In this document: in pieces, positions 45,248 through 55,005 of the stretch
Position numbering within the stretch: position 1 is the first letter of the stretch
How the letters are laid out: every line of letters starts with the position of its first letter
NCBI GenBank assembly: GCA_049515535.1
Contig: JBEKTZ010000009.1
Location: forward strand, 1-64,000
DNA length: 64,000 bases
From: Candidatus Aminicenantales bacterium
GTDB lineage: Bacteria; Acidobacteriota; Aminicenantia; Aminicenantales; UBA4085
Reading direction: 5' to 3'
The notes under the pieces: model-generated
Databases searched by the model: none
Told to the model about the DNA's origin: nothing
What the model saw: only the letters and a program-made list of their open reading frames with translations
Translations under genes and position numbers: made by a program

Positions 45248-46627
45248 ATGAAAAAAGGCACGAACCACATCTCGGGCATCGCGGGCGGGCTCGCCTTTGT
45301 CTTTTTCCTGCTCATTCTCGTCTTCGATTTCGCCGACCAGGGCCTGTTCAGCCCCCTCGTCAACCCCCTCCTCGAGGACTTCTTCCGGGTGACGACGAAC
45401 GTCGTGCCGCTCGGCTGGATCACCTTCGTCTTCACTCTTCTCTCAGCCGCATCCATGATCGTCGCCGGCCTTTCCGCCGACCGGAAATCCCGGGTGAAAA
45501 TGTGCGCGGTTGGAGGCTTGATCTACGGTCTCTTCTCGCTGCTGACCATTCTGACGCCGCACGGGCGGGCCGGCTACGTCTTCTTTTTTCTGACCCGGGC
45601 GATGAACGGGATCGGCATCGGCGTCGTCGTGCCTGCCGTTTTTTCGCTCGTCGGGGACATGGCCAAGCCGGCCCGGCGCGCGACGGCGTTCGGGTTCATG
45701 TCCGTGGCCATGCTCGTCGGGCGGATGGCTGGCTTTGCCATCGCCGGCGCTCTGGGACGCGACTGGCGGGCGGCTTATTTCATCGTCGGCCTCATCAATC
45801 TCGGCCTGGCCGCGGCCCTCCTCGCCGTGAGGGAGCCCAAGCGCGGCTCCCGGGAAACCGAGCTCGAAGAGGTCATCGGCAAAGGCGCCGAATACCGGTT
45901 CCGCATTTCGATAAGCGACGTCCGCCTCATCCGGTCCGCCCGGAGCAACTTCTGGCTGATCGCGAATTTCATCGACGTCTTCCCCGGCTCGATCATCCTT
46001 TTCCTCATCTTCAAATACATGAAAGACACGCATAACATGGAAGCCGCAACCGTGAATTTCACGATCCTGATCGTCTTCCTGGCCGGCGCGCTGGGAGCCG
46101 TCGTTTTCGGCCGGCTCGGCGACTGGGGCTTCCAAAAGGACCGGCGGGCCAAAGTCATCGTCGCGCTGTTCTGCAACAGCTTCCCGATCGTTTTCATGAT
46201 CTTCTTCATCGCCTCGAAAGTCTGGATTCCGTCGAACGCGACGCTCTCCCAAGCGCTCGCCGCCCCCGGGATGTGGCCGCTCGTCCTGGCCATTGCCGCG
46301 GCCATGTTCATCAATCAGGGCGTGAACCCCAACTGGTACGGCTCACTCACGGACATCAACCTGCCCGAGCACCGGGCCGCAATGATCTCGCTCGCGTCCG
46401 TGATGGACATGATCGGCGGCGCGCTCGGCCCGCTCGCGGCCTCCTATATCGCCACGCTCTGGGGTCTGAAAGCGGCGATGGCCTCGGTCCTTGCCTTTTG
46501 GGCCCTGAACGTTCTATTCTGGCTTCCGGTCCTGGCCCACATCCGCGGCGACCTGGAGCGCGTCCACGGCATCCTGGGCGAACGGGCCGCCGAAATGAGA
46601 AGGAGCCTGACGCGAAATGGCGCCTGA
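45248..46627 (+). CDS. MFS transporter
   Basis: About 12 TM; G.SADRKSR and GRLGD motif-A-like loops. Confidence 0.88.
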   Translation: MKKGTNHISGIAGGLAFVFFLLILVFDFADQGLFSPLVNPLLEDFFRVTTNVVPLGWITFVFTLLSAASMIVAGLSADRKSRVKMCAVGGLIYGLFSLLTILTPHGRAGYVFFFLTRAMNGIGIGVVVPAVFSLVGDMAKPARRATAFGFMSVAMLVGRMAGFAIAGALGRDWRAAYFIVGLINLGLAAALLAVREPKRGSRETELEEVIGKGAEYRFRISISDVRLIRSARSNFWLIANFIDVFPGSIILFLIFKYMKDTHNMEAATVNFTILIVFLAGALGAVVFGRLGDWGFQKDRRAKVIVALFCNSFPIVFMIFFIASKVWIPSNATLSQALAAPGMWPLVLAIAAAMFINQGVNPNWYGSLTDINLPEHRAAMISLASVMDMIGGALGPLAASYIATLWGLKAAMASVLAFWALNVLFWLPVLAHIRGDLERVHGILGERAAEMRRSLTRNGA

Positions 46628-47552
46628 AAGAATCTCGATCCTTTATAACCCCTCGGCCGGGATGGGCCGGGCCCTCAAGAGAAAGCTCGAGCTCGAGCAT
46701 CTGCTCCGTCATTTCGAGGTCCGCTATGATTTGATCATGACCCGGAGCGAAGAGCATCTCCGGAAACTGACGCGCGACCACGCGCGGACCTACCGGACCG
46801 TGGTCGGGGCCGGCGGCGACTCGACCTTTCACATCATGATCAACGAGATCATGAAAGCGGGAACGGAAGTGAACTTCGGCCTGATCGGCGTCGGCTCCTC
46901 GAACGACATCCCCATCGAATTCGGCGTCGATTCCTTTGAAAAGGCCTGCCGGGCTTTAAAGACCGGACACACGCGGAGGATCGATCTGGGCTGCGTCCGC
47001 GAAGGCCAGGCGCCTCTCGCCTATTTCATAGGCCAGGCGAACACCGGCCTCGGGGTATTCGTCAACATGCGGGTGGCGGAACTGGCCGTCCGAAGGCCCT
47101 GGCTGGCCAGGAGACAGACCCTGGCGGGCATTATGGGAGTCTGGAAAGCCTTTCGTTCGAAGACGATACCCATGCCCCTGCGGGTGGATTCGGAGGCCGG
47201 GCGGGCGGACGGCGATTTCGTCGCGGCGATCTTCAGCAACATCAAATTCTGGGCGACCGGCAAAATCATCAACCCGGAGGCCGTTCCCGATGACGGGCTC
47301 CTGAACGCCTGCTTGATCGAGCCCTGCTCTTTTCTCCGGCTTGCCCGCATCTCTTCGCTGGCGGGCAAGGGTCGTCACCTCGAAGCCAAGGAGGTAAGAA
47401 CTCTGCGGGCGGCAAGCTTCGAAATCACCTCGGAAAAACCGTTCGAGATCCAATCGGACGGTGAAATCATAAAAGCTCCCGATGGGCGTTCCGCGTTCAA
47501 AAAAATCTCCCTATCCGTCGTTCCCCGAGCGCTGAACCTGGTCTGCCCCTAG
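46617..47552 (+). CDS. Diacylglycerol/lipid kinase family protein
   Basis: NPSAG, GGDST, GSSND, DDGLL, QSDGE. Confidence 0.88.
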   Translation: MAPERISILYNPSAGMGRALKRKLELEHLLRHFEVRYDLIMTRSEEHLRKLTRDHARTYRTVVGAGGDSTFHIMINEIMKAGTEVNFGLIGVGSSNDIPIEFGVDSFEKACRALKTGHTRRIDLGCVREGQAPLAYFIGQANTGLGVFVNMRVAELAVRRPWLARRQTLAGIMGVWKAFRSKTIPMPLRVDSEAGRADGDFVAAIFSNIKFWATGKIINPEAVPDDGLLNACLIEPCSFLRLARISSLAGKGRHLEAKEVRTLRAASFEITSEKPFEIQSDGEIIKAPDGRSAFKKISLSVVPRALNLVCP

Positions 47553-47608
47553 GCCGGAGATCCTCGCCACGATTCCCTCTCGCCCGCCTTCGACCTCGGG
47601 CGGTTTTG

Positions 47609-48118
47609 TCACCACTTATCCCGGCGGACAATTTCGTCCATCGATTTCCGCGAAAACGGCAGCGGCGCCTCGCCGGGATAGCCGATCGGCGTCATGGCGA
47701 TGGGCTCGATGCTTTCAGGCAGACCGAGGACTCGCCTGACCGCCGCCGGATCGAAGGCGCCGATCCAGCACGTCCCCAGTCCTTCGGCCGTCGCGGCCAG
47801 GACCAGGTGTTCGAAGGCGATCGATACATCCACGTCCAAATAGCTCTTCCCGTCACGCCTGACCCAGGCCTTCGCGGGCTCGCCGCAGGCGCAGACGATG
47901 ACGGGCGCCGCGGTGAACCACTCCCGGCCGTAAGCGTCTTTCAGCGCTTGTTTGACTTCCCCGTCCTTCACGACGATGAAGTGCCAGGGCTGAAAGTTCG
48001 CGGCCGAAGGAGCGATCCGGACGGCTTCTAGGATCCGGTCGAGCTTTTCCTGTTCCACGGGAATTCGTTTATACTTGCGGATGCTCCGCCGCGTCCTTAA
48101 GACTTCATAAAAATCCAT
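47609..48118 (-). CDS. Nitroreductase family protein (start ATG 48118)
   Basis: RRSIRKY, APSAANFQPW, GLGTCWIG. Confidence 0.9.
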   Translation of the reverse strand: MDFYEVLRTRRSIRKYKRIPVEQEKLDRILEAVRIAPSAANFQPWHFIVVKDGEVKQALKDAYGREWFTAAPVIVCACGEPAKAWVRRDGKSYLDVDVSIAFEHLVLAATAEGLGTCWIGAFDPAAVRRVLGLPESIEPIAMTPIGYPGEAPLPFSRKSMDEIVRRDKW

Positions 48119-48404
48119 GGTCCTTACCTCCTTCCGTCCCGCGCCGGGCATCGCGGACCAGCTGCTCTTTGATCCACATTCTCAGGAGGGTCGTATAGTT
48201 CATCCCTTTGCGTTTGGCGATTCTTTCGACGGTTTTGACGTCTTCCGGGTCGAGCCGGATGGCGACCGTTTTTTTCACCCTTTTAACGAGAACGATCTCG
48301 TCGTTTTTTATGTCCGTGGTGTAATCCTGAAACGTATGCGACTTCCAGTATGTCGCGGCCTGTTCCTGCGTTTTAAAACGAGGGATCTTTTTCATCTTAC
48401 CCAC
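48105..48404 (-). CDS. BrnA/CopG-type antitoxin, apparently orphan
   Basis: KKIPRFK...YW..H...IRL....IAKRKGM.Y.TL.RMWI.E pattern. Confidence 0.75.
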   Translation of the reverse strand: MGKMKKIPRFKTQEQAATYWKSHTFQDYTTDIKNDEIVLVKRVKKTVAIRLDPEDVKTVERIAKRKGMNYTTLLRMWIKEQLVRDARRGTEGGKDHGFL

Positions 48405-48493
48405 CTCATTTCAAAGAAGCTTCGAATACTCTATCCATACCGAAAAAGATCCGCCATGGCAAGTCTTTTGGAGACGGAACGCTCGCGCCTCTT

Positions 48494-49936
48494 TCACTTC
48501 GCGAAGAACATCTTCATCGCGCCGAAATCGATCGTCCAGGCGTAGTTCCGTAAAAACTGGTGACTGATGAGCCCGTCGTTGATGAACCCGTTTCGCCAGT
48601 AGCTCTCGGGCGGAGTGAGGCCGTATTCTCCCTTCATGTTCTCCAGGACGAGCGGCCCCAATCCCAGCCGCTTCACCGGAAACTGCCCCGTGGCGAATCC
48701 GGCGCCGCCTCCTCCCCCGATGCTCCCATCCTGGACCTTCGTCTCGGGAACGGGAATGCCCGCGTATTTCAGCGTCTGGATCGGGGCCGCGAAGGCCGCT
48801 TCGCTTGCCAGCCCGGAATCCACGAAAAAGACGAGCCCATCCTTCCCGTCGAGACTCCCTCGGGCCATCATGAAGTGGGTCACCGCCAGGGCGAACGGAA
48901 TTGCGACGACCGTTTTGCCCGCATCATCCGCCGCCTTCAGCGCGTCCTTTCGCCCTTCATCATCCGCCCGCCGGAGCACCAGCTGCTCGCCCGGATAATC
49001 CAGGGTCGCCAGAAATTGTTTCAGGACGCCCGTTCCCAAGATCCCTCCGATCGTGTACCTGCCGCCCGCGAATCCCTTGGAGAACCTCTGCGTGGGAAGG
49101 ATCGAGATCGGGACGGACTTGAGCGTCACGTCGCCGATCTTCAGCGAATCCGCCCGGCCGAACCCGACCTCCGCCTGCTTCCCCCCGGCGAACGTCCCGG
49201 TCATCGAGGAGATGGGCTTGATGCCCATGGCGGCGGCAATCTCGTTGTCCAGCACGAACATGTCGGCGCCCGTGTCAATGAGCGCGAAGATCTTCTGACC
49301 CTGGAGTTCGACCAAGATGACCGGCAGGGGATCGGTCACGAGGAACGGCGCCTTCGACAGCCCAAAATCTCCGGGCCAGACGACCTGATAAGGCCGAGTC
49401 TCGCCGAACGCCCGCATCAGATCCCAGTGCGGCAGTTTGATCTTGCCTTCCAGTCCTTTGAAAAAGTCCGCCGTCTTCGCGTATTGGTTCGTCTGATAAT
49501 AGACGAACGCCAGCTTCGATTCGGCCTTGGCCCTGGTCCCCAGGTCGCCGGGATTCAGATCGATGATCTTTTTGCAGGCGCTTTCCGCTTGATCATAATG
49601 ACCGAGGAGATAATCCAGGTCCGCGGCCAAAAAGAGCGCGTCGTTCGACGGTTTCACGGCCTCGAGGAGCGGAAGGAGGAGGGATTTCGCTTGATCGAAC
49701 TCGCCCGATTGATAGAGAAGGCGGGCAAGCCGAAAGCGTGAGTCGGCACAGCTCAGATCTTTATGGAATTGGTCCTGGGCGGAAGCGATTTCGGTCAGTA
49801 TCTGTCCGCGATCTTGCTCCGGCGGCGGAGTCGGCTTGTTCTGCGGCGCCGGCGCTTGCTCGAAGCTCGGGGCCAAAAGGAGTGAAAGAAAAATCCATGT
49901 CAAAATCGCGCGGTTCAAACTGAATTTTGGAATCAT
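48494..49936 (-). CDS. Exported TPR protein with two retropepsin-like aspartyl protease domains
   Basis: Signal peptide, TPR helices, IDTGA...GILG and VDSG...GLIS. Confidence 0.8.
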   Translation of the reverse strand: MIPKFSLNRAILTWIFLSLLLAPSFEQAPAPQNKPTPPPEQDRGQILTEIASAQDQFHKDLSCADSRFRLARLLYQSGEFDQAKSLLLPLLEAVKPSNDALFLAADLDYLLGHYDQAESACKKIIDLNPGDLGTRAKAESKLAFVYYQTNQYAKTADFFKGLEGKIKLPHWDLMRAFGETRPYQVVWPGDFGLSKAPFLVTDPLPVILVELQGQKIFALIDTGADMFVLDNEIAAAMGIKPISSMTGTFAGGKQAEVGFGRADSLKIGDVTLKSVPISILPTQRFSKGFAGGRYTIGGILGTGVLKQFLATLDYPGEQLVLRRADDEGRKDALKAADDAGKTVVAIPFALAVTHFMMARGSLDGKDGLVFFVDSGLASEAAFAAPIQTLKYAGIPVPETKVQDGSIGGGGGAGFATGQFPVKRLGLGPLVLENMKGEYGLTPPESYWRNGFINDGLISHQFLRNYAWTIDFGAMKMFFAK

Positions 49937-50275
49937 CGGCTCATTCCTCTCTCTGGAATAAGAACTATTATAGTGCTTTTATCGTTTCAAAAGGTACTGA
50001 CACCTTAGGACCTTACTATGATCCCACCGAGACGGAAGCTCAGGATAATCCCGCTCTTGTTCTGAAAACGGAGAAACCTGGATTTGGATTCTTTGAGAGA
50101 GGAGGAGGCCTTATTATCGCAGTCCGAAATGCGTGTTCCAAAAGATAAATCTGCCGAAGCTTCGACAAAATGACACGAATCGACGGAGCCGTCCGTCATT
50201 TGATTTGAATAGAAGGAAACCCACAAGATGTTTCATGAATTGTGAAAATTCCATAAGGATTAAGACGAGCCGAGT

Positions 50276-50314
50276 TTGACAATTAGTGTGTAATTATGTA
50301 TATGTGTAATTATG
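50276..50314 (+). promoter_or_regulatory. Promoter/operator of the TA pair
   Basis: TTGACA at 50276; direct repeat TGTGTAATTATG at 50287-50298 and 50303-50314. Confidence 0.55.
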
Positions 50315-50569
50315 GAACGAACAAAGATGAAACGCGTCAACGTCATTATTGAAAGCGAGATCTATGAAAAAGCCCGGGCCGTCGCCTTCGTCAGGAAAGT
50401 GAGCATATCCGAGATCTTCCGCAAGGCGATCAAGGAATGGATGCAATCTCACTTGGATAAAAGAGCTGTGCTTCTTCTCTCGGAATCCGATGAAGAAAAA
50501 CTACTGAAAATTCTCGGGTCGGACGAATTCGTTTCCTCCGAAAAAGCAAAAAAAACCCTCAGTCAATGA
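50312..50569 (+). CDS. Putative RHH antitoxin
   Basis: KRVNV...SISEIFRKAI; acidic C-terminus; ATGA overlap with the toxin. Confidence 0.7.
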   Translation: MERTKMKRVNVIIESEIYEKARAVAFVRKVSISEIFRKAIKEWMQSHLDKRAVLLLSESDEEKLLKILGSDEFVSSEKAKKTLSQ

Positions 50570-50805
50570 ATCTGTTCTATAGCAAAACGAGTCTTTCCCG
50601 CCTCAACCGCCTGGATCGAAAGACTCGAGAAAGGATCATGGCGGCGATCGACGATCTTCCTCAAGGAAGCGATATTAAGAAAATGCGCGCCAGGAAGATC
50701 GAGAATCTCTACAGGCTGAGAATCGGAAAATACCGCGTTCTCTTCATCCGACAAAGCGATTGTATTAGAATCCTCGAGGTCGATACTCGGGGAGATATCT
50801 ATTAA
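50566..50805 (+). CDS. RelE/ParE-family toxin
   Basis: DIKKM...YRLRIGKYRVLF...RGDIY. Confidence 0.88.
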   Translation: MNLFYSKTSLSRLNRLDRKTRERIMAAIDDLPQGSDIKKMRARKIENLYRLRIGKYRVLFIRQSDCIRILEVDTRGDIY

Positions 50806-50940
50806 TATTCCCGCCGGTTCATGCAAGTCCGCCATGGGCTGAGCTTTGTGCTTGACAATCGCCTCGTTCAAAAAATAAAGTCATAAGCGGAATCATGGGG
50901 ACGCGCGACGCGCGCAAGTCCCCTTTTTGGAGGGCATGCC

Positions 50941-52662
50941 ATGAAAAAATCCGCGATCGCCGCATCCGGGCTTCTCCTCTTCAGCCTGCTCGGCGCCGCG
51001 CTCCCTTCGGCCCCGGCCGCGACCTCTTTCGCCGCCCCGGCCCAAAAAATCTACTGGGGCGATTCCGTTCCCAAGGGCTGGAACGGGAGTTGGCCGGCCA
51101 AGTTCCTGACCGTCCCCGAAAAGACAAAATACGAGCGGACTGCGTCAACCACCGAGATTCTCGAGTTCATCGACATGCTCAAATGGAACAGCGACAAGGT
51201 CTTTGCGATCAACATGTTCACGACCACGCTGCGGCGGAACTGCCCGGTTGTCGTTCTGGCCGCCCCGCGCCTCACGTCCCCCGAGGAGGCCGTGAAATCC
51301 GGAAAGACGGTCGTGTATCTCCAGGGGAACATCCACCCCTATGAGCCGGAAGCCAAAGAAGCGCTTCTGATGATCACCCGCGAAATTCTCTTCGGCAGGA
51401 TGAAACGCCTTCTCGACAATCTGATCATCATCGTCTGCCCGGATTTCAACGTGGACGGCAACGATACCCTGAGCCTGAACGACGGCACACCTCACCTCCT
51501 CGGGACGGGCAACAACGCCCAGAATTTGAATCTCAACCGCGACGCGATCAAACTCGAGACGATCGAGGTCAACGGGCTCTATCGGACGATCTTCAACCGC
51601 TGGGACCCGACCCTGGTTTATGACGGGCACATGATGGGCCGCGTCCAGCACGGCTATGCCATCGGCTACGCGACATGCACCGTGCCGGCCGCCCACCCCG
51701 GGCCGCGCGGCTATGTCTTCGACAAGCTGTTCCCGGCCGTTAGGGAAGCGACGAGGAAAGACTTCGGCCTCGAGGTCTTCACCCACGGCGACATCGACAA
51801 CAAATGGCCGCCGACGACCTGGAGCCACGACGCGGCCCTCTGGACGAACGAGGCGAAGTTCGTGGCCAACGCGTACGGGCTGCGGAATCGGATGGCCATC
51901 CTGGCCGAGACGCCGGGTCACGAGTCCTTCGAGCGCCGGATCTATGCCCATTACGCGCTCATTGCCGAGATCTTGGAATACGCCGCCGCGCACGGCAAAG
52001 AGATGCAGGAGATCTGCCGGGCCGCGGACCGGGAGGTCGTCGAGGCCGTGAAGGCGAAAGCCGAGAGCGGAGAATTGAAAAATTGGGTGGCGGGCCGATA
52101 TGAATCATGGGGCAAGATCGATATCCTGGCCTATCAGAAACGGAATGTCTCCGAGCTCATTCCCGGGACGAGCGTTCGGGCCAAGATCGCGCCGCACATG
52201 CTCGAGGCTCCCGAACTCGTGCGTGGAGTCGAGAACCTGACCAAGCCGGTCGGCACGGCGGAAGCGACAATGCCGCGCGGCTATTTGATTCCGGCGGAGC
52301 TGGATTACCTGGCCGAAAAGCTGCGGACGCACAACGTCAGGGTCGAGGTCCTCACGAGGCCGATCAAGGTCACCGGCGAAGAATTCGTCATCGACAAGAT
52401 CGGCCAGGCCAGGGGCGGCGGCTATGCCATGATCAAGCTCGAGGGCGGGTTCGCCAAGTCGCCGCTCAAGGAATTCCCGGCCGGGACGTTCAGGGTCGAC
52501 ATGGCCCAGCCGACGGCCAACGTGGCTTTTTATTGTCTGGAGCCGCAGGCCGCGGACGGCTTTGTCGGCTGGGGTGTGCTGGACGGGTATTTCAAGGCGG
52601 CGGGCGCCGATAAAAAAAGCGTCGTGTATCCGATTTATAAGTATTTCAAGATCATAGAGTGA
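50941..52662 (+). CDS. Exported M14-family zinc carboxypeptidase-like protein
   Basis: Signal peptide, IHPYE (HxxE), NLNRD, DGH. Confidence 0.82.
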   Translation: MKKSAIAASGLLLFSLLGAALPSAPAATSFAAPAQKIYWGDSVPKGWNGSWPAKFLTVPEKTKYERTASTTEILEFIDMLKWNSDKVFAINMFTTTLRRNCPVVVLAAPRLTSPEEAVKSGKTVVYLQGNIHPYEPEAKEALLMITREILFGRMKRLLDNLIIIVCPDFNVDGNDTLSLNDGTPHLLGTGNNAQNLNLNRDAIKLETIEVNGLYRTIFNRWDPTLVYDGHMMGRVQHGYAIGYATCTVPAAHPGPRGYVFDKLFPAVREATRKDFGLEVFTHGDIDNKWPPTTWSHDAALWTNEAKFVANAYGLRNRMAILAETPGHESFERRIYAHYALIAEILEYAAAHGKEMQEICRAADREVVEAVKAKAESGELKNWVAGRYESWGKIDILAYQKRNVSELIPGTSVRAKIAPHMLEAPELVRGVENLTKPVGTAEATMPRGYLIPAELDYLAEKLRTHNVRVEVLTRPIKVTGEEFVIDKIGQARGGGYAMIKLEGGFAKSPLKEFPAGTFRVDMAQPTANVAFYCLEPQAADGFVGWGVLDGYFKAAGADKKSVVYPIYKYFKIIE

Positions 52663-52777
52663 GAAGACGGAGCTTTCTCATTCCCGTATCCCGGCAAGAG
52701 AAAGAACCAGCTCAGGATTGCATCGCCCGGGCAAAGTCCAAGACATTCTGTCTCAGGCGACAGGGAATCCCGGCGGA

Positions 52778-53242
52778 CTAAACCTGGGTCGTCAGGAAAA
52801 TCGCGAGGGTCATCTGCTTGATCTGGTCGAGCAGTTCCTCGATCTTGTCGATGTGGCCGTCTTCATCCTGTAAGATCTTCTCCAAGATTTCCCGTGTGGC
52901 GAAATCTTTCACGTCGCCGGCGAGCTTGATCGCCTCGTTATAGGACTTGACCGCGCCGCTTTCCGAAGCGTGGTCGTTCTGCAGCTGCTTTTCGATGACG
53001 GCGCCGATGTTGATTTTCTTGAGATTGCTGACGACGGGAATTCCTTCCAGGAACAGGATCCGGCCGATGAGTTTTTCGGCGTGCTTCATTTCGTCGACGG
53101 CGCGCTTCTCGAAATGCCCATGGAGTTTCGTGTAACCCCAGTTGGCGCTCATCTCCGAATGCACCATATACTGGCTGATGGCGGTCAGCTCGTCGGCCAG
53201 CAGCGCATTGAGGGTCGCGATCAATTTGTCGTTGCCTTTCAT
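52778..53242 (-). CDS. bfr: Bacterioferritin (start ATG 53242)
   Basis: MKGN...ELTAISQY.VH, DEMKHA, DEDGH. Confidence 0.95.
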   Translation of the reverse strand: MKGNDKLIATLNALLADELTAISQYMVHSEMSANWGYTKLHGHFEKRAVDEMKHAEKLIGRILFLEGIPVVSNLKKINIGAVIEKQLQNDHASESGAVKSYNEAIKLAGDVKDFATREILEKILQDEDGHIDKIEELLDQIKQMTLAIFLTTQV

Positions 53243-53486
53243 ATGGTTCTCCTTACCGGATACGGGAATTTTAGTCCTATGAAGGGAAATAAGCAATAAC
53301 CGAGACGAGAAAAGGGGAAAAGATCGCCGGAATGAACGACGGAGGATCGCTTTCGCGCCTGCCGCCGTTGTTGAAATTGACAGCGGAGACGCGTTCTGTT
53401 GTATAATGTCCGGTCGACCGCGGCGCTTCGATCCCGCGGCCGAGGACAGACAGCCCATACAGGATACACAATAGAGGAGCCGGACG

Positions 53487-54716
53487 ATGAACATGCTTAG
53501 AATCATCAGGGTTTCGTTCAACGCCCTGGGCCGGAACAAGATGCGCACGTTCCTGACGGCGTTGGGGATCATTATCGGCGTCGGATCGGTGATCGCCATG
53601 GTGAGCATAGGAACGGGAGCCAAATTGGCGATCGCGGACCGCTTCAACAGCATGGGAACGAACCTGCTGATCGTCCGTCCCGGGAGCATGAATATGTCGG
53701 GCGTCAGGACCGGTTTCGGCGCCCGGAACACGCTTAAGCTGGCCGACGTCGACGCGATCGAAAAGTATTGCCCTTCGGTCAAAGGGACGTCTCCGAACGT
53801 CAACACTCAATTGCAGGTCATCAACGGCAACAAGAACTGGCGGACCCAGATCTATGGGGTCAGCGAACAATATCCCGAGATCCGGAATTGGGAAATCGCG
53901 CAGGGGACTTTCTTCGACGAAGAGATGGTCCAGTCCGACGCCAAGGTCTGCGTCCTGGGGAACGAGGTCAAGAACAACCTTTTCGACGATAATGAGGATC
54001 CCATCGGAAAGATCATCCGCCTCCGGCGCGTGCCGTTCACGATCATCGGGATCCTGAAATCCAAAGGCGAGACCGGCGGGTTCGGCAGCCGCGACGATCT
54101 CGTCTGCGTCCCTTACACGACGGCATCGAAACGGCTGGTCCGCTACACGTTCATCCAGTCAATCGACATCTCGGCCGTCACCGCGGAGGCGATGCCGGCC
54201 GCCCAGCAGGAAATCGAGCTTCTCCTCCGCGACCGGCACCACATCGAACCCGGCTTTGACGACGATTTCAATGTCCGCAACATGGCGGATATCCTGGAAA
54301 GCCTGCAGAGCTCAATGGGCGTCCTGCAGCTTCTCCTGGGAAGCATCGCCGCAATCTCGCTGCTCGTCGGCGGGATCGGCATCATGAACATCATGCTGGT
54401 CTCCGTCACGGAGCGGATCCGGGAGATCGGGATCCGGATGGCGATCGGCGCCCGGGAATGGGACATTCTCGTCCAATTCCTGGCCGAAGCGATCGTCCTG
54501 AGCATGATGGGCGGCCTCTTGGGCATCGCCCTCGGCATCGGCGCGTCCAAGGCTCTGAAATTTATCCCGATCTTCAGCACCTTCCGCGCGGTCGTTTCGT
54601 CCGGATCGATCATCCTGTCCTTCCTTTTCGCGGCTTCCGTCGGGATCTTCTTCGGATTTTATCCCGCCCGCAAGGCATCCAAGCTTAATCCGATCGAAGC
54701 CCTGAGATACGAATAA
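53487..54716 (+). CDS. MacB-like ABC transporter permease
   Basis: RTFLTALGIIIGV, GGIGIMNIMLVSVTER.REIG, PIEALRYE. Confidence 0.92.
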   Translation: MNMLRIIRVSFNALGRNKMRTFLTALGIIIGVGSVIAMVSIGTGAKLAIADRFNSMGTNLLIVRPGSMNMSGVRTGFGARNTLKLADVDAIEKYCPSVKGTSPNVNTQLQVINGNKNWRTQIYGVSEQYPEIRNWEIAQGTFFDEEMVQSDAKVCVLGNEVKNNLFDDNEDPIGKIIRLRRVPFTIIGILKSKGETGGFGSRDDLVCVPYTTASKRLVRYTFIQSIDISAVTAEAMPAAQQEIELLLRDRHHIEPGFDDDFNVRNMADILESLQSSMGVLQLLLGSIAAISLLVGGIGIMNIMLVSVTERIREIGIRMAIGAREWDILVQFLAEAIVLSMMGGLLGIALGIGASKALKFIPIFSTFRAVVSSGSIILSFLFAASVGIFFGFYPARKASKLNPIEALRYE

Positions 54717-54838
54717 GGAATTTCTTCGAGCCGTTTTCTCTCCGCGATATCTCGGTTTCGTCATCCGGGCCACCGGCAAAACCCGCCGATCCAGAACGAG
54801 GATAAGCTCTTTGATTTTTTTGGGGGGGGGGGATTCGA

Positions 54839-54914
54839 TGGTGGAGCTGACCAGGTTCGAACTGGCGACCTCTTGACTGCCAGTCAAGCGCTCTCCCAAC
54901 TGAGCTACAGCCCC
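54839..54914 (-). tRNA. tRNA-Ala(GGC)
   Basis: GGGGCTGTAGCTCAGTTGGGAGAGC...CTGGCAG loop...CTCCACCA; TTGACG-17-TAATAT promoter upstream. Confidence 0.96.
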
Positions 54915-55005
54915 ACGAAGGCGCGGATATATTACAAGAAGAGGGAGCTGTCGTCAAGGTTACCGACGACTGACCGTAATGTGCTACGGTCGGTCTCGCC
55001 GCCGG

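Noticed and set aside
49960..50230. Short ORFs in a lower-GC intergenic stretch
   Set aside because: No RBS or recognisable motif; possibly a gene remnant.
53243..53806. Apparent N-terminal extension of bacterioferritin (342-aa ORF)
   Set aside because: The real start is ATG 53242 with an AAGGAG RBS; the extension overlaps the MacB gene antisense.
54814..54832. T-run followed by a G11 tract downstream of tRNA-Ala
   Set aside because: Intergenic, no attachment-site duplication or integrase nearby; may be a homopolymer artefact.
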